Below, in pieces: positions 39,574-49,229 of a stretch of DNA of 64,000 nt; position 1 is the first letter of the stretch; every line of letters begins with the position of its first letter. The DNA is from an uncultured Bacilli bacterium. GTDB lineage: Bacteria > Bacillota_I > Bacilli_A > RF39 > UBA660. Made by a program: the position numbers and the translations under genes. The notes below the pieces were generated by a model. That model worked only from the letters and a program-made list of their open reading frames with translations, was not told where the DNA came from and did no database searches. The stretch is from contig CAKOHH010000004.1 in assembly GCA_934085675.1 (NCBI GenBank), forward strand, positions 9,709 through 73,708, written 5' to 3'.

Positions 39574-41352
39574 TCATTTTTCTTTACGACTTTGTAAATA
39601 ATTTTGTAAGGTTTTAGCCACCTTTTCAGGCACATATTTTTGTAAATCTTCTAAGGATGCTTCTTCCATGGCCTTTACACTACCAAAGGCTTTAATAAGT
39701 TCTTTTTTTCTTTTTTCACCTATACCTTCAATATTATCTAAGACACTGGCAATAGAGCCTTTACTTCTTATGGTGCGATGATAATTAATTGTAAAACGAT
39801 GGACTTCATCTTGCATTCTTGTTAAATAATGAAAAACTGGACTTTCTTTAGGAATATCAATAATTTCTAAGGTATCACCATCTACTAAATCATTTGTTCT
39901 ATGTTTATCATTTTTCTTTAAACCACATACTTTAATGGACAGATTTAGACTATCTAAAACTTCTTTACAAGCATGAATCTGACCAATACCACCATCGACA
40001 ATGATAAGATTTGGTAATTCTGTTTTTTCTACTAAAGCCCTTTGATAACGACGGTAGATAACTTCGCGCATCATATCATAATCATCATTTTTATCATACA
40101 TAATTTTATATTTACGATATTCATTTTTAGATGGAAGACCATTTTTAAAAACGACCATACAAGAAACTGACCAATCGCCAAACAAATTAGAGTTATCAAA
40201 TAAATCAATCCGGTCTAAAAGAGGAAGATGTAATATTTCTTTTAAAGTTTCATTAGCCCCTTCTGTTTGATCTTCTTTTTTCTTTAAAATTTCAAATTCT
40301 TGTTCAAAGTTTATTTTGGCATTTTCTAATGCCATATTAACTAAATCTTTTTTCTGTCCTTTTAAAGGAACGACAATTTTATTTTCAAAATAAGTTTTTA
40401 AAATATCTGTTTCTGTCTCACTTTGAACTAATATTTCTTTGGGTATTTCATGACGAGCATAGAAAAGTTCTAAATATTGTTCCATATCACTTTGAAAGTC
40501 TTCAACAACAGGAAAAATATCAGTATGTCCCCCCACTATTTTGCCATTTCTTAAAAAGAGAATTTGCACCGAAATATAACCATTTTGAAAGTATGTTCCA
40601 ACAACATCACGGTTTGTTAAATCTTGTAAAGTTATTTTTTGCTTATCCAAAACAATATTAATATAATCTAATTCTTTTTTGAGTTCTAACGCTAATTCAA
40701 AATTTAAAGCTTCACTATATTTAGCAATTTTTTCTTCTATTTTATCTTTTAGGATTTTATCATTACCTGATAGAAAGCTTAATATTTCTTCACTCATTTT
40801 TTGCTGTGTTTCTATGCTCACTTTTTTCTCACAGTAGCCAAGACACTCACCAATGTGATAATAAAGGCAGACTTTTTTAGGATTACCATCACATTTTTTT
40901 AAAGGATATAAGCGGTTTAAAAGATTTACTATTTTTCTTGCGGCATAAGCATTTGGGTAAGGGCCAAATAATTTTTTATGGTCCTTTTTTCTAATTTGCA
41001 AATATCTAGATACTTTTAACTTAGGATAAGGATGTTCAATGTATTCGATATAAGGATAACTTTTATCATCTTTAAGTAAGATATTATATTTAGGATTATA
41101 TTGTTTAATCAAATTAATTTCCAAAAGAAAGGCTTCCATTTCACTAGAAGTGACAATATAAGATAAATCGGTGATTTCAGAAACTAATCTTGCTGTTTTT
41201 CCTGTTTGAGTGCGATTAAAATAAGAGTTGACCCGGCGATGAAGATTTTTAGCCTTACCCACATAAATAATCACACCGTCTTTATTTTTCATTTGATAAC
41301 TTCCTGGTAAATTAGGAATATTGGCTAACTTTTCTTTTAACATAACACTCAC
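39574..41352 (-). CDS. uvrC: excinuclease ABC subunit C
   Basis: 592 aa with an N-terminal GIY-YIG domain (GVIIYVGKAKNL), a UvrBC domain and C-terminal RNaseH-like and HhH regions. Confidence 0.85.
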   Translation of the reverse strand: MSVMLKEKLANIPNLPGSYQMKNKDGVIIYVGKAKNLHRRVNSYFNRTQTGKTARLVSEITDLSYIVTSSEMEAFLLEINLIKQYNPKYNILLKDDKSYPYIEYIEHPYPKLKVSRYLQIRKKDHKKLFGPYPNAYAARKIVNLLNRLYPLKKCDGNPKKVCLYYHIGECLGYCEKKVSIETQQKMSEEILSFLSGNDKILKDKIEEKIAKYSEALNFELALELKKELDYINIVLDKQKITLQDLTNRDVVGTYFQNGYISVQILFLRNGKIVGGHTDIFPVVEDFQSDMEQYLELFYARHEIPKEILVQSETETDILKTYFENKIVVPLKGQKKDLVNMALENAKINFEQEFEILKKKEDQTEGANETLKEILHLPLLDRIDLFDNSNLFGDWSVSCMVVFKNGLPSKNEYRKYKIMYDKNDDYDMMREVIYRRYQRALVEKTELPNLIIVDGGIGQIHACKEVLDSLNLSIKVCGLKKNDKHRTNDLVDGDTLEIIDIPKESPVFHYLTRMQDEVHRFTINYHRTIRSKGSIASVLDNIEGIGEKRKKELIKAFGSVKAMEEASLEDLQKYVPEKVAKTLQNYLQSRKEK

Positions 41353-41387
41353 CTTCTTTATTTAGTATTTCCTTTTTACTTTTTTTA

Positions 41388-41771
41388 TTGTACCATATTT
41401 TCAAGGTGATGATGATGAAACTTTTAAATACTTATGAATATGAAATTAAAAAATCTAAATTTATATCTTATTTATACGAACTTGATGATAAAGAAGAAGT
41501 TAAAGAAATTTGGAATAATTTAAAAAAAGAACATAAAAAGGCTCGTCATATTCCATACGCATACATTTTTTATAATACGGCTGGGAAAAGCGATGACAAA
41601 GAACCATCTGGAACGAGTGCGGCACCAATTTATCAAAATTTGGGAAGAAGTAGCCTTAATCACCATGTTATTTTTGTTGTCCGCTATTTTGGTGGGATTA
41701 AACTAGGCGCCGGTGGTCTTATTCGCGCCTATAATGAAGCCGCGGCTAAAGTTTTAGAAAAAACAGGTTAA
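41388..41771 (+). CDS. IMPACT/YigZ family N-terminal domain protein (UPF0029)
   Basis: 127 aa; ...GTSAAPIYQNL...VIFVVRYFGGIKLGAGGLIRAYNEAA matches the YigZ N-terminal domain. Confidence 0.6.
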   Translation: MYHIFKVMMMKLLNTYEYEIKKSKFISYLYELDDKEEVKEIWNNLKKEHKKARHIPYAYIFYNTAGKSDDKEPSGTSAAPIYQNLGRSSLNHHVIFVVRYFGGIKLGAGGLIRAYNEAAAKVLEKTG

Positions 41772-41879
41772 TTTTATAAGAAAAGTATTGGTTTTACCAA
41801 AAAATAATTAATTCACTCTTGTTTTCAGTTAATTATTTTGTTAGAATTATACTTGACTTAACGAAGAAAGGAGATATGT

Positions 41880-42143
41880 ATGGCTAATATTAAAAGTTCA
41901 AAAAAAGCGATTAAAGTTATTGCTAAAAAAACAGAAAATAATCACGAATTAAAAGCACGTGTTAAAAACTGTATTCGCTTATGCGATAAAGCAATTGAAG
42001 CTGGAGATAAAGAAACTGCTCAAAAACTCCTTGCGGATACTCAAAAATATATTGATAAAGCTGCAAGCAAAAACCTAGTTAAGAAAAATACAGCAGCTCG
42101 TCAAAAATCAAGACTTTCACACAAAGTAAAAGAAATGGCTTAG
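41880..42143 (+). CDS. rpsT: 30S ribosomal protein S20
   Basis: 87 aa starting MANIKSSKKAIKV..., typical bS20; RBS aaggaga upstream. Confidence 0.85.
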   Translation: MANIKSSKKAIKVIAKKTENNHELKARVKNCIRLCDKAIEAGDKETAQKLLADTQKYIDKAASKNLVKKNTAARQKSRLSHKVKEMA

Positions 42144-42157
42144 TTCCATTTCTTTTT

Positions 42158-42907
42158 TTACATTGCAGTATAACCACCATCACAAGCAAGAATACTGCCT
42201 GTAATAAAGCTTGCTTTATCGCTTAATAGAAAGCAAATAGTATCAGCTATTTCTGTATCTTTTCCTAATCTTTTAATAGGTAAACTTTGGGCCATAGCCT
42301 TTTTCATTTCTTCAGGTGCCATAGCTAAAATTGGTGTATCTACATAACCTGGTGCTACGGCATTAATACGGATATTTTTATCAGCATACATTAAGGCCGC
42401 AGTTCTTGTCATTTGTATAATAGCCCCTTTAGAAGCTGAATAAGCATAAGATGTAGCACTTCCGACAAGACCATACATACTTGCTGTATTAACAATGGCT
42501 CCCTTGCCATTTTTAAGCATTTCTTTTAAGGCATATTTATTACATAAATACATGCCAGTTTGATTTACCCCAATTACTTGATTCCATTCTTCTATTGATA
42601 CTTCGTCTAAAATATTTGGTGAACCTCCAATACCTGCATTGGAAACCATATAGTCTAAATGTCCAAATTTTTGGATAGTCTTATTTATCATGTTTTTTAC
42701 ATCTTCTTCTTTAGAAACATCCGTTAGAATTCCTAAAGTATGAGCTTCATTTCTTAAGCTACTTACAACATCATCTAAATTTTTAGAAACATCGGCAATA
42801 ACGACATTAGCCCCGTTTTCTAAAAGTTTTTTTACGGTGGCAAGACCTATGCCTGATGCCCCGCCTGTTACAATGGCAACTTTATCTTTAAAATTCATTT
42901 TTTTCAT
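42158..42907 (-). CDS. SDR family NAD(P)-dependent oxidoreductase (3-oxoacyl-ACP reductase-like)
   Basis: 249 aa with the cofactor motif TGGASGIGLA, NAGI and the catalytic YSASKGA. Confidence 0.8.
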   Translation of the reverse strand: MKKMNFKDKVAIVTGGASGIGLATVKKLLENGANVVIADVSKNLDDVVSSLRNEAHTLGILTDVSKEEDVKNMINKTIQKFGHLDYMVSNAGIGGSPNILDEVSIEEWNQVIGVNQTGMYLCNKYALKEMLKNGKGAIVNTASMYGLVGSATSYAYSASKGAIIQMTRTAALMYADKNIRINAVAPGYVDTPILAMAPEEMKKAMAQSLPIKRLGKDTEIADTICFLLSDKASFITGSILACDGGYTAM

Positions 42908-43258
42908 TCTCCTTTACTATTATAAGCATATCACAATTAGTAATAGAATGTTAATTTTTTTCTTAGTACTTTAACAACTAAGATTTATGTCATTTAGTTT
43001 GAACTATTTATAATAATAATTTTGATAAAACTAAACATTATTTTTTAACAGGAAGTGATTTTTATTTTAAATTGCTCTTTTCAGGGGGCATAGCGCAATG
43101 GGTAAATCATACCTGTTTAACCCCTTTAAAATCAACGTTTTCAAGACACATAGTTTAAAAATATTTAATCTTGCACAGCAAAATTTATCCAAATTGTTGT
43201 GCAAAAACTGCGCAAAGCAATTAAAAGCATATATAGTTTATGTAGCTATATATGCTTT

Positions 43259-44560
43259 TTATATACATTTGAAAATGATTTTTTCTGCTTCAAACTCAAT
43301 TTTATAGATATTACCTATTTCCTCAACCTTCTGAATAATACATTCTTTAAAAATAGTTTCATTATCTTTTAAAGTGATTTTTTTATTAAATATAGTAACA
43401 AAATCAAGTTTAGTAACTAACTCAAATTTATTTCCTTGCTTACAATATTTTTTTGTGTCTTTATTGATTTCTAACGATTGATTAAATTTCATTTTTTCAT
43501 TAATGGTACACTTTTTCCCTGTACTCTCTGCATATAATATATTAATAGATTTTTCTTCTCTTAGAATTTCATCTAAATTATATTTAATATTAATATTTTT
43601 AGTTTTAGAAATATATAATACTTTTTCTATCAAACCTGCTAACCTTTTAAAGAATTTCTTTTCCTTGTTAGTATGACCCTTTGCTTCAAAATTATTAAAA
43701 GTAAAAATATTTTGGTTTAGTTTCTTATTACTAACATTAATATTTGTATTATTATCATCCATTAAATATTTATATTTAAGCATTTTTAAATTATATTCAC
43801 AATCATTAAGATATTTTTCTCTAATTGAAATAGTAATATTAAATTTACCAGAAACACCATCATCAGTCTTTTCCATATTTGTTAATGAAATTGCAACATT
43901 AAAAGGCTCTTCAGTGGATTCTTTATTTGTTAATTTAATATTATCTCCTTCTCTCTTTTCTAGCCTTAAGCTTGTATCAATACGGAATGAATAATCAGAA
44001 TTATAAATATCAATTGCGTAAACCTGTGCAGGCGGCATTGGTGAAGGACATATATATAATTTTACACCTTCACTACCATATTTATTTGCATGTCCAACTG
44101 GATTTTCAAACTCACCTAAAAATTCCTTCATACTTATAATATTGGGAATTTCAACGGGTTTATCAGTTTTTTCTGCTTGTTCAATTAATTCATTCAAACC
44201 ATTTTTTCTAAATTTATCAGCTTCTTCAACAGAATCAAATTTCATATTATACTTTAAGTGTATTGGAAATTTTTTATATGCATCATCTGTTTTTGCACTT
44301 GCTTCAAAGCTAATTTTTTTACCGTTAAACTTTGGAACAATTTCAAAATCTTCTTGAAGTTGCTTAGGCAATAGTTTTTTTGTTAGAATATCTGTCCCAA
44401 CATCTAGACGATCTGTAAATAAATCTTCGATTTTTGTAATATCTTTATAATTGTTATTAATGCTATCTAAAGATAAAGCATCAGTCTGATTATTAACAAC
44501 TGTTATATCTATATTGCAGCCCTTATTTTTTTCAACATTTAATAAACTATTGTTTTGCAT
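43259..44560 (-). CDS. hypothetical protein (island cargo, no recognisable domain)
   Basis: 433 aa Lys/Asn-rich ORF with no identifiable catalytic motif, preceded by a translationally coupled 51-codon ORF. Confidence 0.5.
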   Translation of the reverse strand: MQNNSLLNVEKNKGCNIDITVVNNQTDALSLDSINNNYKDITKIEDLFTDRLDVGTDILTKKLLPKQLQEDFEIVPKFNGKKISFEASAKTDDAYKKFPIHLKYNMKFDSVEEADKFRKNGLNELIEQAEKTDKPVEIPNIISMKEFLGEFENPVGHANKYGSEGVKLYICPSPMPPAQVYAIDIYNSDYSFRIDTSLRLEKREGDNIKLTNKESTEEPFNVAISLTNMEKTDDGVSGKFNITISIREKYLNDCEYNLKMLKYKYLMDDNNTNINVSNKKLNQNIFTFNNFEAKGHTNKEKKFFKRLAGLIEKVLYISKTKNINIKYNLDEILREEKSINILYAESTGKKCTINEKMKFNQSLEINKDTKKYCKQGNKFELVTKLDFVTIFNKKITLKDNETIFKECIIQKVEEIGNIYKIEFEAEKIIFKCI

Positions 44561-44702
44561 TATTATCTCCTGAATCGTTTATTGATATATTACAGTTTTT
44601 ATTTTTTTTAATATCATATTTTGACTTTTTTTCAACTTTTATACTTATATCTTGTCCAAAAATCTTTTTTACAAAATCAATTATCTTTTTAACAATTTTC
44701 AT
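44547..44702 (-). CDS. possible 51-aa Lys-rich micro-protein translationally coupled to 43259..44560
   Basis: ATG at 44702 to TAG at 44547; reads MKIVKKIIDFVKKIFGQDISIKVEKKSKYDIKKNKNCNISINDSGDNNAKQ and overlaps the downstream start by 14 nt. It is below the ORF-track length cut-off. Confidence 0.25.
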   Translation of the reverse strand: MKIVKKIIDFVKKIFGQDISIKVEKKSKYDIKKNKNCNISINDSGDNNAKQ

Positions 44703-44810
44703 TATATCACCACCAATTAAATAATAATTTAATTAACATAATGACACTTATGACACTTTTTTATATGATACACTATGCATATTAAGTGACATAAGTGACA
44801 TACCAGTTAT

Positions 44811-46589
44811 TTACACATATTCCTCTTTCCAATGGATTATAGTATTGTTTATACACTCGTTCCATTGCTTGTATGAATCCAAACTTAATGTATTTTTGTG
44901 AATATCTCTTATTAATTCAACAAAGTATTTTATATGTATGTTTTTAGCATATATAAAACTTATCATGTCACTATATTGTTCAATTGTTAATGGTATTACA
45001 GGAACTGGATTACCCATCCAACTTTCCTTGTTTAAAAGGAAAAATTGCCAATCTGTTCTTTTATTTATAGAATTAGAAATAAATAATCCGTACACTTCTT
45101 TACCAGCATCTTGATCTATGAATTTCATAACATGATCAATAACACTAGAGCCTTCGTGTTCCCATTGTTGTACTCCACTCATAAGTGATACCTCCGGTAT
45201 TAAAATAGTGTCATTATAATAAAGTTCCATATCAGGTGTATTATTTTTACCTGGAGCAAAACTTTTAGGAGTTAAATCTTCTTCTACATCAAAATTTCTA
45301 ACAACATTTTGATTACCATCTATAGCTACTAAAGACTTCCATGTATTACATTCAAGCCATAATGCAGCCATATCTTCGCTCTCTCTTGATTTAATAGAAT
45401 CGAATCTATCAGTAATTTCTTTCCTAGTATCTTCATTTTTAGAAGTATATTTAATAAAGATTTCTTCATTCAATGTAGTTAATTTAGTAATTAATTCTTC
45501 TTCAAATAATTTTAATTCTGTTGAACTATCCATTGAATTGACTTTAGAATATAATTCTGCAGAATCTAATTCAATCTCCAATTCATATTTTTCATTAAAT
45601 ATATGAATAGTTTTATCTAATAAATTAATCTTATCAACTAATAATGATTTTCGATCATCCTTATTTTCCCAAGGAAGATTTATATTATCCGGATTACCAT
45701 ACCATTCCATATAAGCGTCAAGATTATCATTATTGATAGTTATAAATGAATATTTGCTATTAATTAATTCAACCTTTTTCTTAGAATGTTCAGCAATTCT
45801 AACCTTTTTATATAGTCCTCTACCAGAAATATCAAATAATCTAGTAAAATCAAGGGCTCTCATAATAGAATCTATATATGACAAAGGATCACCTTTATAA
45901 AGTTCTTTCACATAATCAAAATATTCTTTTGCATACTTATTGAAGATTTCTTTACATTCACTAGATTTCATTTTATTATCTAGCGCATTATAGTCTGCTC
46001 TAAATTTTTTTATAGAATTTGCCAAAGAATCATACTGAGATATATCATTACATAAGAAAATATATGCCAATTCATATCCATTTAAGTATTCAAGATCTAG
46101 TAATAATTTGATTATTATTTGTAATGGAAAAACTCTATTTCCATCTTTTATATCACGTCCGTAATTAGTGCATACAGAAGGAAAATTTATTTTTAAAAGT
46201 TGTTTTAAAAATAATTCACTATCAAATTTACCTTCTGAAATTAGTTTTCCTGCTTTAGTAACTCTAATTAATCCTTCATTATCAATATATCCAAATCCAT
46301 AAAATTTATATGTAGCAAGATCATTTCTAGCATTACTTTCAGAATCTGCTTTACCATCTTTAGTACCATTTAGATAATCTTCATAAGATAAACCATTAAT
46401 AGGAGAATCCTCTTCCTCTAGTTGTGCATCAAAATAATACTTTCTTCTAATTGGGTGAATCTTTATATTATTTGCATCAAGCTTATTAGCTGTATAATTC
46501 CAATTTTCATTTTCTAAATTTGAAAAATATTTAAACCATTGAACTGTTTTAATTACACTTCGTGGTTTATTTCTCCAGCCCCAACTCAT
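44811..46589 (-). CDS. AlwI/BstNBI-family type IIS restriction endonuclease (or nicking enzyme) homolog
   Basis: 592 aa. The segments YKFYGFGYIDNEGLIRVTKAGKLI...FLKQLLKINFPS and the C-terminal NTPDMELYYNDTILIPEVS match my recollection of N.BstNBI/RE_AlwI-family enzymes. It lies immediately downstream of a DNA MTase. Confidence 0.55.
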   Translation of the reverse strand: MSWGWRNKPRSVIKTVQWFKYFSNLENENWNYTANKLDANNIKIHPIRRKYYFDAQLEEEDSPINGLSYEDYLNGTKDGKADSESNARNDLATYKFYGFGYIDNEGLIRVTKAGKLISEGKFDSELFLKQLLKINFPSVCTNYGRDIKDGNRVFPLQIIIKLLLDLEYLNGYELAYIFLCNDISQYDSLANSIKKFRADYNALDNKMKSSECKEIFNKYAKEYFDYVKELYKGDPLSYIDSIMRALDFTRLFDISGRGLYKKVRIAEHSKKKVELINSKYSFITINNDNLDAYMEWYGNPDNINLPWENKDDRKSLLVDKINLLDKTIHIFNEKYELEIELDSAELYSKVNSMDSSTELKLFEEELITKLTTLNEEIFIKYTSKNEDTRKEITDRFDSIKSRESEDMAALWLECNTWKSLVAIDGNQNVVRNFDVEEDLTPKSFAPGKNNTPDMELYYNDTILIPEVSLMSGVQQWEHEGSSVIDHVMKFIDQDAGKEVYGLFISNSINKRTDWQFFLLNKESWMGNPVPVIPLTIEQYSDMISFIYAKNIHIKYFVELIRDIHKNTLSLDSYKQWNECINNTIIHWKEEYV

Positions 46590-46598
46590 ATAAACCTC

Positions 46599-47717
46599 CT
46601 AAAAATCATAATTAGTGATCAATAAATGTTCAACATCTTTATCATTTCTATTCATAAAACTTACTAAATATTTTTTATCAAACGATTCTATATTAAATCC
46701 TCTATCTTTATATAAGTCATATATAAAATCTGTATTTTTTATAATTAACATAAACTTAGCTTTTGTTTTTGATAAGTAATTTGCTAATCTTATTTGATCA
46801 TCTTTATCAAAATCATTTTTTGCATATGTAGAAAATTCAGTATCGTATGGAGGATCTAAAAACATGAAATCATTCTCTGTTAATTCTACTTTGTTACAAA
46901 AAACTTCAAAATCATAATTACATATTTTTGTTTTACTCATATATTTATTTAATTCATCAGAAGATACATAATCTATCTTTTTAGTAAAGTCTTTTCTGTT
47001 ATAACTGATTCCACCATAAGGTACATTAAATTCACCATTAGCATTATATCTAAACATAGATGCATAGCAAAAATCTCTAACAAAATAAAATACTGCGCAA
47101 TAGAATTCATCACTTAACTTCAATTTTTTCTTATTATTATAAAGGTATCTAAAATACATATAGTAAGCGCTTTTAAAGGCACACTCAATATTACTCATTA
47201 TATCGCTTACATTCATTTCATTTCGTTCAAGCTCAATTTTTTTCATTCTGTTTAATTTTGATATTAAATTCTTCTTAACTTCTTTAATAAAATTATATAA
47301 ATTAATATCAAAATCTTCTTCTAATAGACTATTTAATTCTTTAGTATGTTTTTCAACAAACTTTTCCACTAATTCATCAGCACTATTTTTGTTACTTTTA
47401 ACTTTATCATAAATATCAGATAATTCATTTGTATTATCTTCAACCAAACGTTGAAGCGAAATCCAATTCTTATTTATTTGATTTAAGCTATCAATAAAAC
47501 CTTTATCATGTTTTTTTATCATTTTATAAAGTAACATTAATTCATCAGATTTATCATTAATAACCGAATTTTCACAATTTATATTTAGATATACTGCTCC
47601 TCCACCTACAAATGGTTCAACATATCTATTAAAATTTTTAGGCAAGTTTTTTAAAATTATTGGCAGTTCTTTTTCTTTACCACCTGCCCACTTAATAAAC
47701 GTCTTTCTATTTTGCAT
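46599..47717 (-). CDS. Dam-like (alpha-class, D12) N6-adenine DNA methyltransferase
   Basis: 372 aa with FIKWAGGKEKE (motif X/I region), EPFVGGGAV (SAM binding) and DPPY (motif IV) in alpha-class order. Confidence 0.8.
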   Translation of the reverse strand: MQNRKTFIKWAGGKEKELPIILKNLPKNFNRYVEPFVGGGAVYLNINCENSVINDKSDELMLLYKMIKKHDKGFIDSLNQINKNWISLQRLVEDNTNELSDIYDKVKSNKNSADELVEKFVEKHTKELNSLLEEDFDINLYNFIKEVKKNLISKLNRMKKIELERNEMNVSDIMSNIECAFKSAYYMYFRYLYNNKKKLKLSDEFYCAVFYFVRDFCYASMFRYNANGEFNVPYGGISYNRKDFTKKIDYVSSDELNKYMSKTKICNYDFEVFCNKVELTENDFMFLDPPYDTEFSTYAKNDFDKDDQIRLANYLSKTKAKFMLIIKNTDFIYDLYKDRGFNIESFDKKYLVSFMNRNDKDVEHLLITNYDF

Positions 47718-47733
47718 ACAGTATCCCCCAATC

Positions 47734-48573
47734 TTAATTTATTAAATCTATATATATAGTTTTACCATCGTATTTCCAAACAGACTTAGATGGATTAAAT
47801 ACATTATCTTTAGTTAATAATCCATATTTTCTGTACATTTCAGTTATTCCTTGTGAAAAATATCTTCTATCTGAACTTATCCTTACATCTTTAATATCAT
47901 TTCCATTAAAGCATAAATCGAATTTATCACAGTCAGAAGGCAATTCATCAAATATTGCACGAGGAATACTAATAATCCTAGCTCTTATATCATTTGCGGT
48001 AATATCTTTTTCAATATCACTGACAATATATTCATTAGCATTATCATCAACAATATTTTCAACAACAGAATTCTTTTTATAAAATTTATTTAATTCATCA
48101 TAACTAAATACTGGTTTATATACAAATCCAATATTATTTTCAATACAAATATCAACTAGCATTTTTCCGTCAATTAATACAATTGGTCTGTCATCACTTG
48201 TTTCTGCTTTTAATTTGGCTGGGCTAGAGAACATAGCAGTAGTAATAACAATTCCTTTTTCACCAGATGTCATATTACCTCTTAGCTTATCTATAATATC
48301 AACAGATATTTTTTCGGATGGTTTAAATCTTTTAGCTTGTACGATATATTTTACAGAATCATCATTATTATTGATAACACCATATCTTATGCCTTCCAAA
48401 TCAACTCCACCATCTCCAGAACGTTTTGTAACTCTTACTTCATCTAATCCAAGACATTCCAATAATGGTTTTAAAAAATCTTCAAAATCATATCCAGTTT
48501 CAAACGATTTATATAATGCTTCAAGTATTGCTTCCTTTTCTTTTTGATCTAACTCAATCTTTTTCATACACAA
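47734..48573 (-). CDS. Mrr_cat (PD-(D/E)xK) restriction endonuclease domain protein with an unknown C-terminal domain
   Basis: 279 aa; the N-terminal ~150 aa match Mrr_cat (FEDFLKPLLECLGLDEVRVTKRSGDGGVDLEG...YIVQAKRF...GIVITTAMFSSPA); the C-terminal ~130 aa are uncharacterised. Confidence 0.65.
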   Translation of the reverse strand: MCMKKIELDQKEKEAILEALYKSFETGYDFEDFLKPLLECLGLDEVRVTKRSGDGGVDLEGIRYGVINNNDDSVKYIVQAKRFKPSEKISVDIIDKLRGNMTSGEKGIVITTAMFSSPAKLKAETSDDRPIVLIDGKMLVDICIENNIGFVYKPVFSYDELNKFYKKNSVVENIVDDNANEYIVSDIEKDITANDIRARIISIPRAIFDELPSDCDKFDLCFNGNDIKDVRISSDRRYFSQGITEMYRKYGLLTKDNVFNPSKSVWKYDGKTIYIDLIN

Positions 48574-48576
48574 CTC

Positions 48577-49101
48577 CTATATATCTTTAGGCAACTTACT
48601 GTAATCATATTTAGTTGCTATCTCTTTTAATTCTTGTATTTCTTTATCAATATCTTCTAATGCTTTATCTAATGTATAATCGGTTTCTGCGGCCTCTTTT
48701 ATTAATCTTAAACCTAATTTTATTTCATTTAAGTTTTGCATTATCTTTAATGTTTTTTTTCTTTTATTAGCATCCCAATCTAAAATATCGTATTTAAATA
48801 ATCTACATTCTTCTATAGTATTCTTTAAATCTTTTGTAGATTTATTTTTAAACTCATCATGAGAAAACCAACTCACAACTTCATTATAACCAGCAGCATT
48901 TAAAAGCTGTTGTAATGATAAATCTAATTCTTCTGCAATTCTTTTCAAAATTTCTGGATCTGGTTTAGCTACTCTACCATTTTCTATATCATTTAAAGAA
49001 GAATTACTTATTCCAACTCTTCTTGCAAGTTCTCTTTGAGAATACTCTTTTGCAGTTCTTCCTCCAACAATTAATGTAGTTAATGCTTCACTATTGTTCA
49101 T
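48577..49101 (-). CDS. XRE-family HTH transcriptional regulator (candidate controller or repressor of the R-M operon)
   Basis: 174 aa with an N-terminal HTH (SQRELARRVGISNSSLNDIENGR) and a C-terminal helical domain ending KYDYSKLPK; first gene of a 4-gene minus-strand operon. Confidence 0.7.
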   Translation of the reverse strand: MNNSEALTTLIVGGRTAKEYSQRELARRVGISNSSLNDIENGRVAKPDPEILKRIAEELDLSLQQLLNAAGYNEVVSWFSHDEFKNKSTKDLKNTIEECRLFKYDILDWDANKRKKTLKIMQNLNEIKLGLRLIKEAAETDYTLDKALEDIDKEIQELKEIATKYDYSKLPKDI

Positions 49102-49229
49102 AATTTCACTTCCTTAAAAGTCTTCTTATTCTCTTTCCTATTCATTATATCACATTTTGTCAGTTTTACAAAACATTTTTGTTCGGAATACTTGACAATT
49201 AAATTTATTTATAACTATATTGGTTTTTA

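Noticed and set aside
41388-41771. YigZ/IMPACT gene as a truncated pseudogene (127 aa versus about 200 aa for full-length YigZ)
   Set aside because: Stand-alone N-terminal IMPACT-domain proteins of this size are common. The ORF has a clean start and stop and no downstream remnant of the C-terminal domain in other frames.
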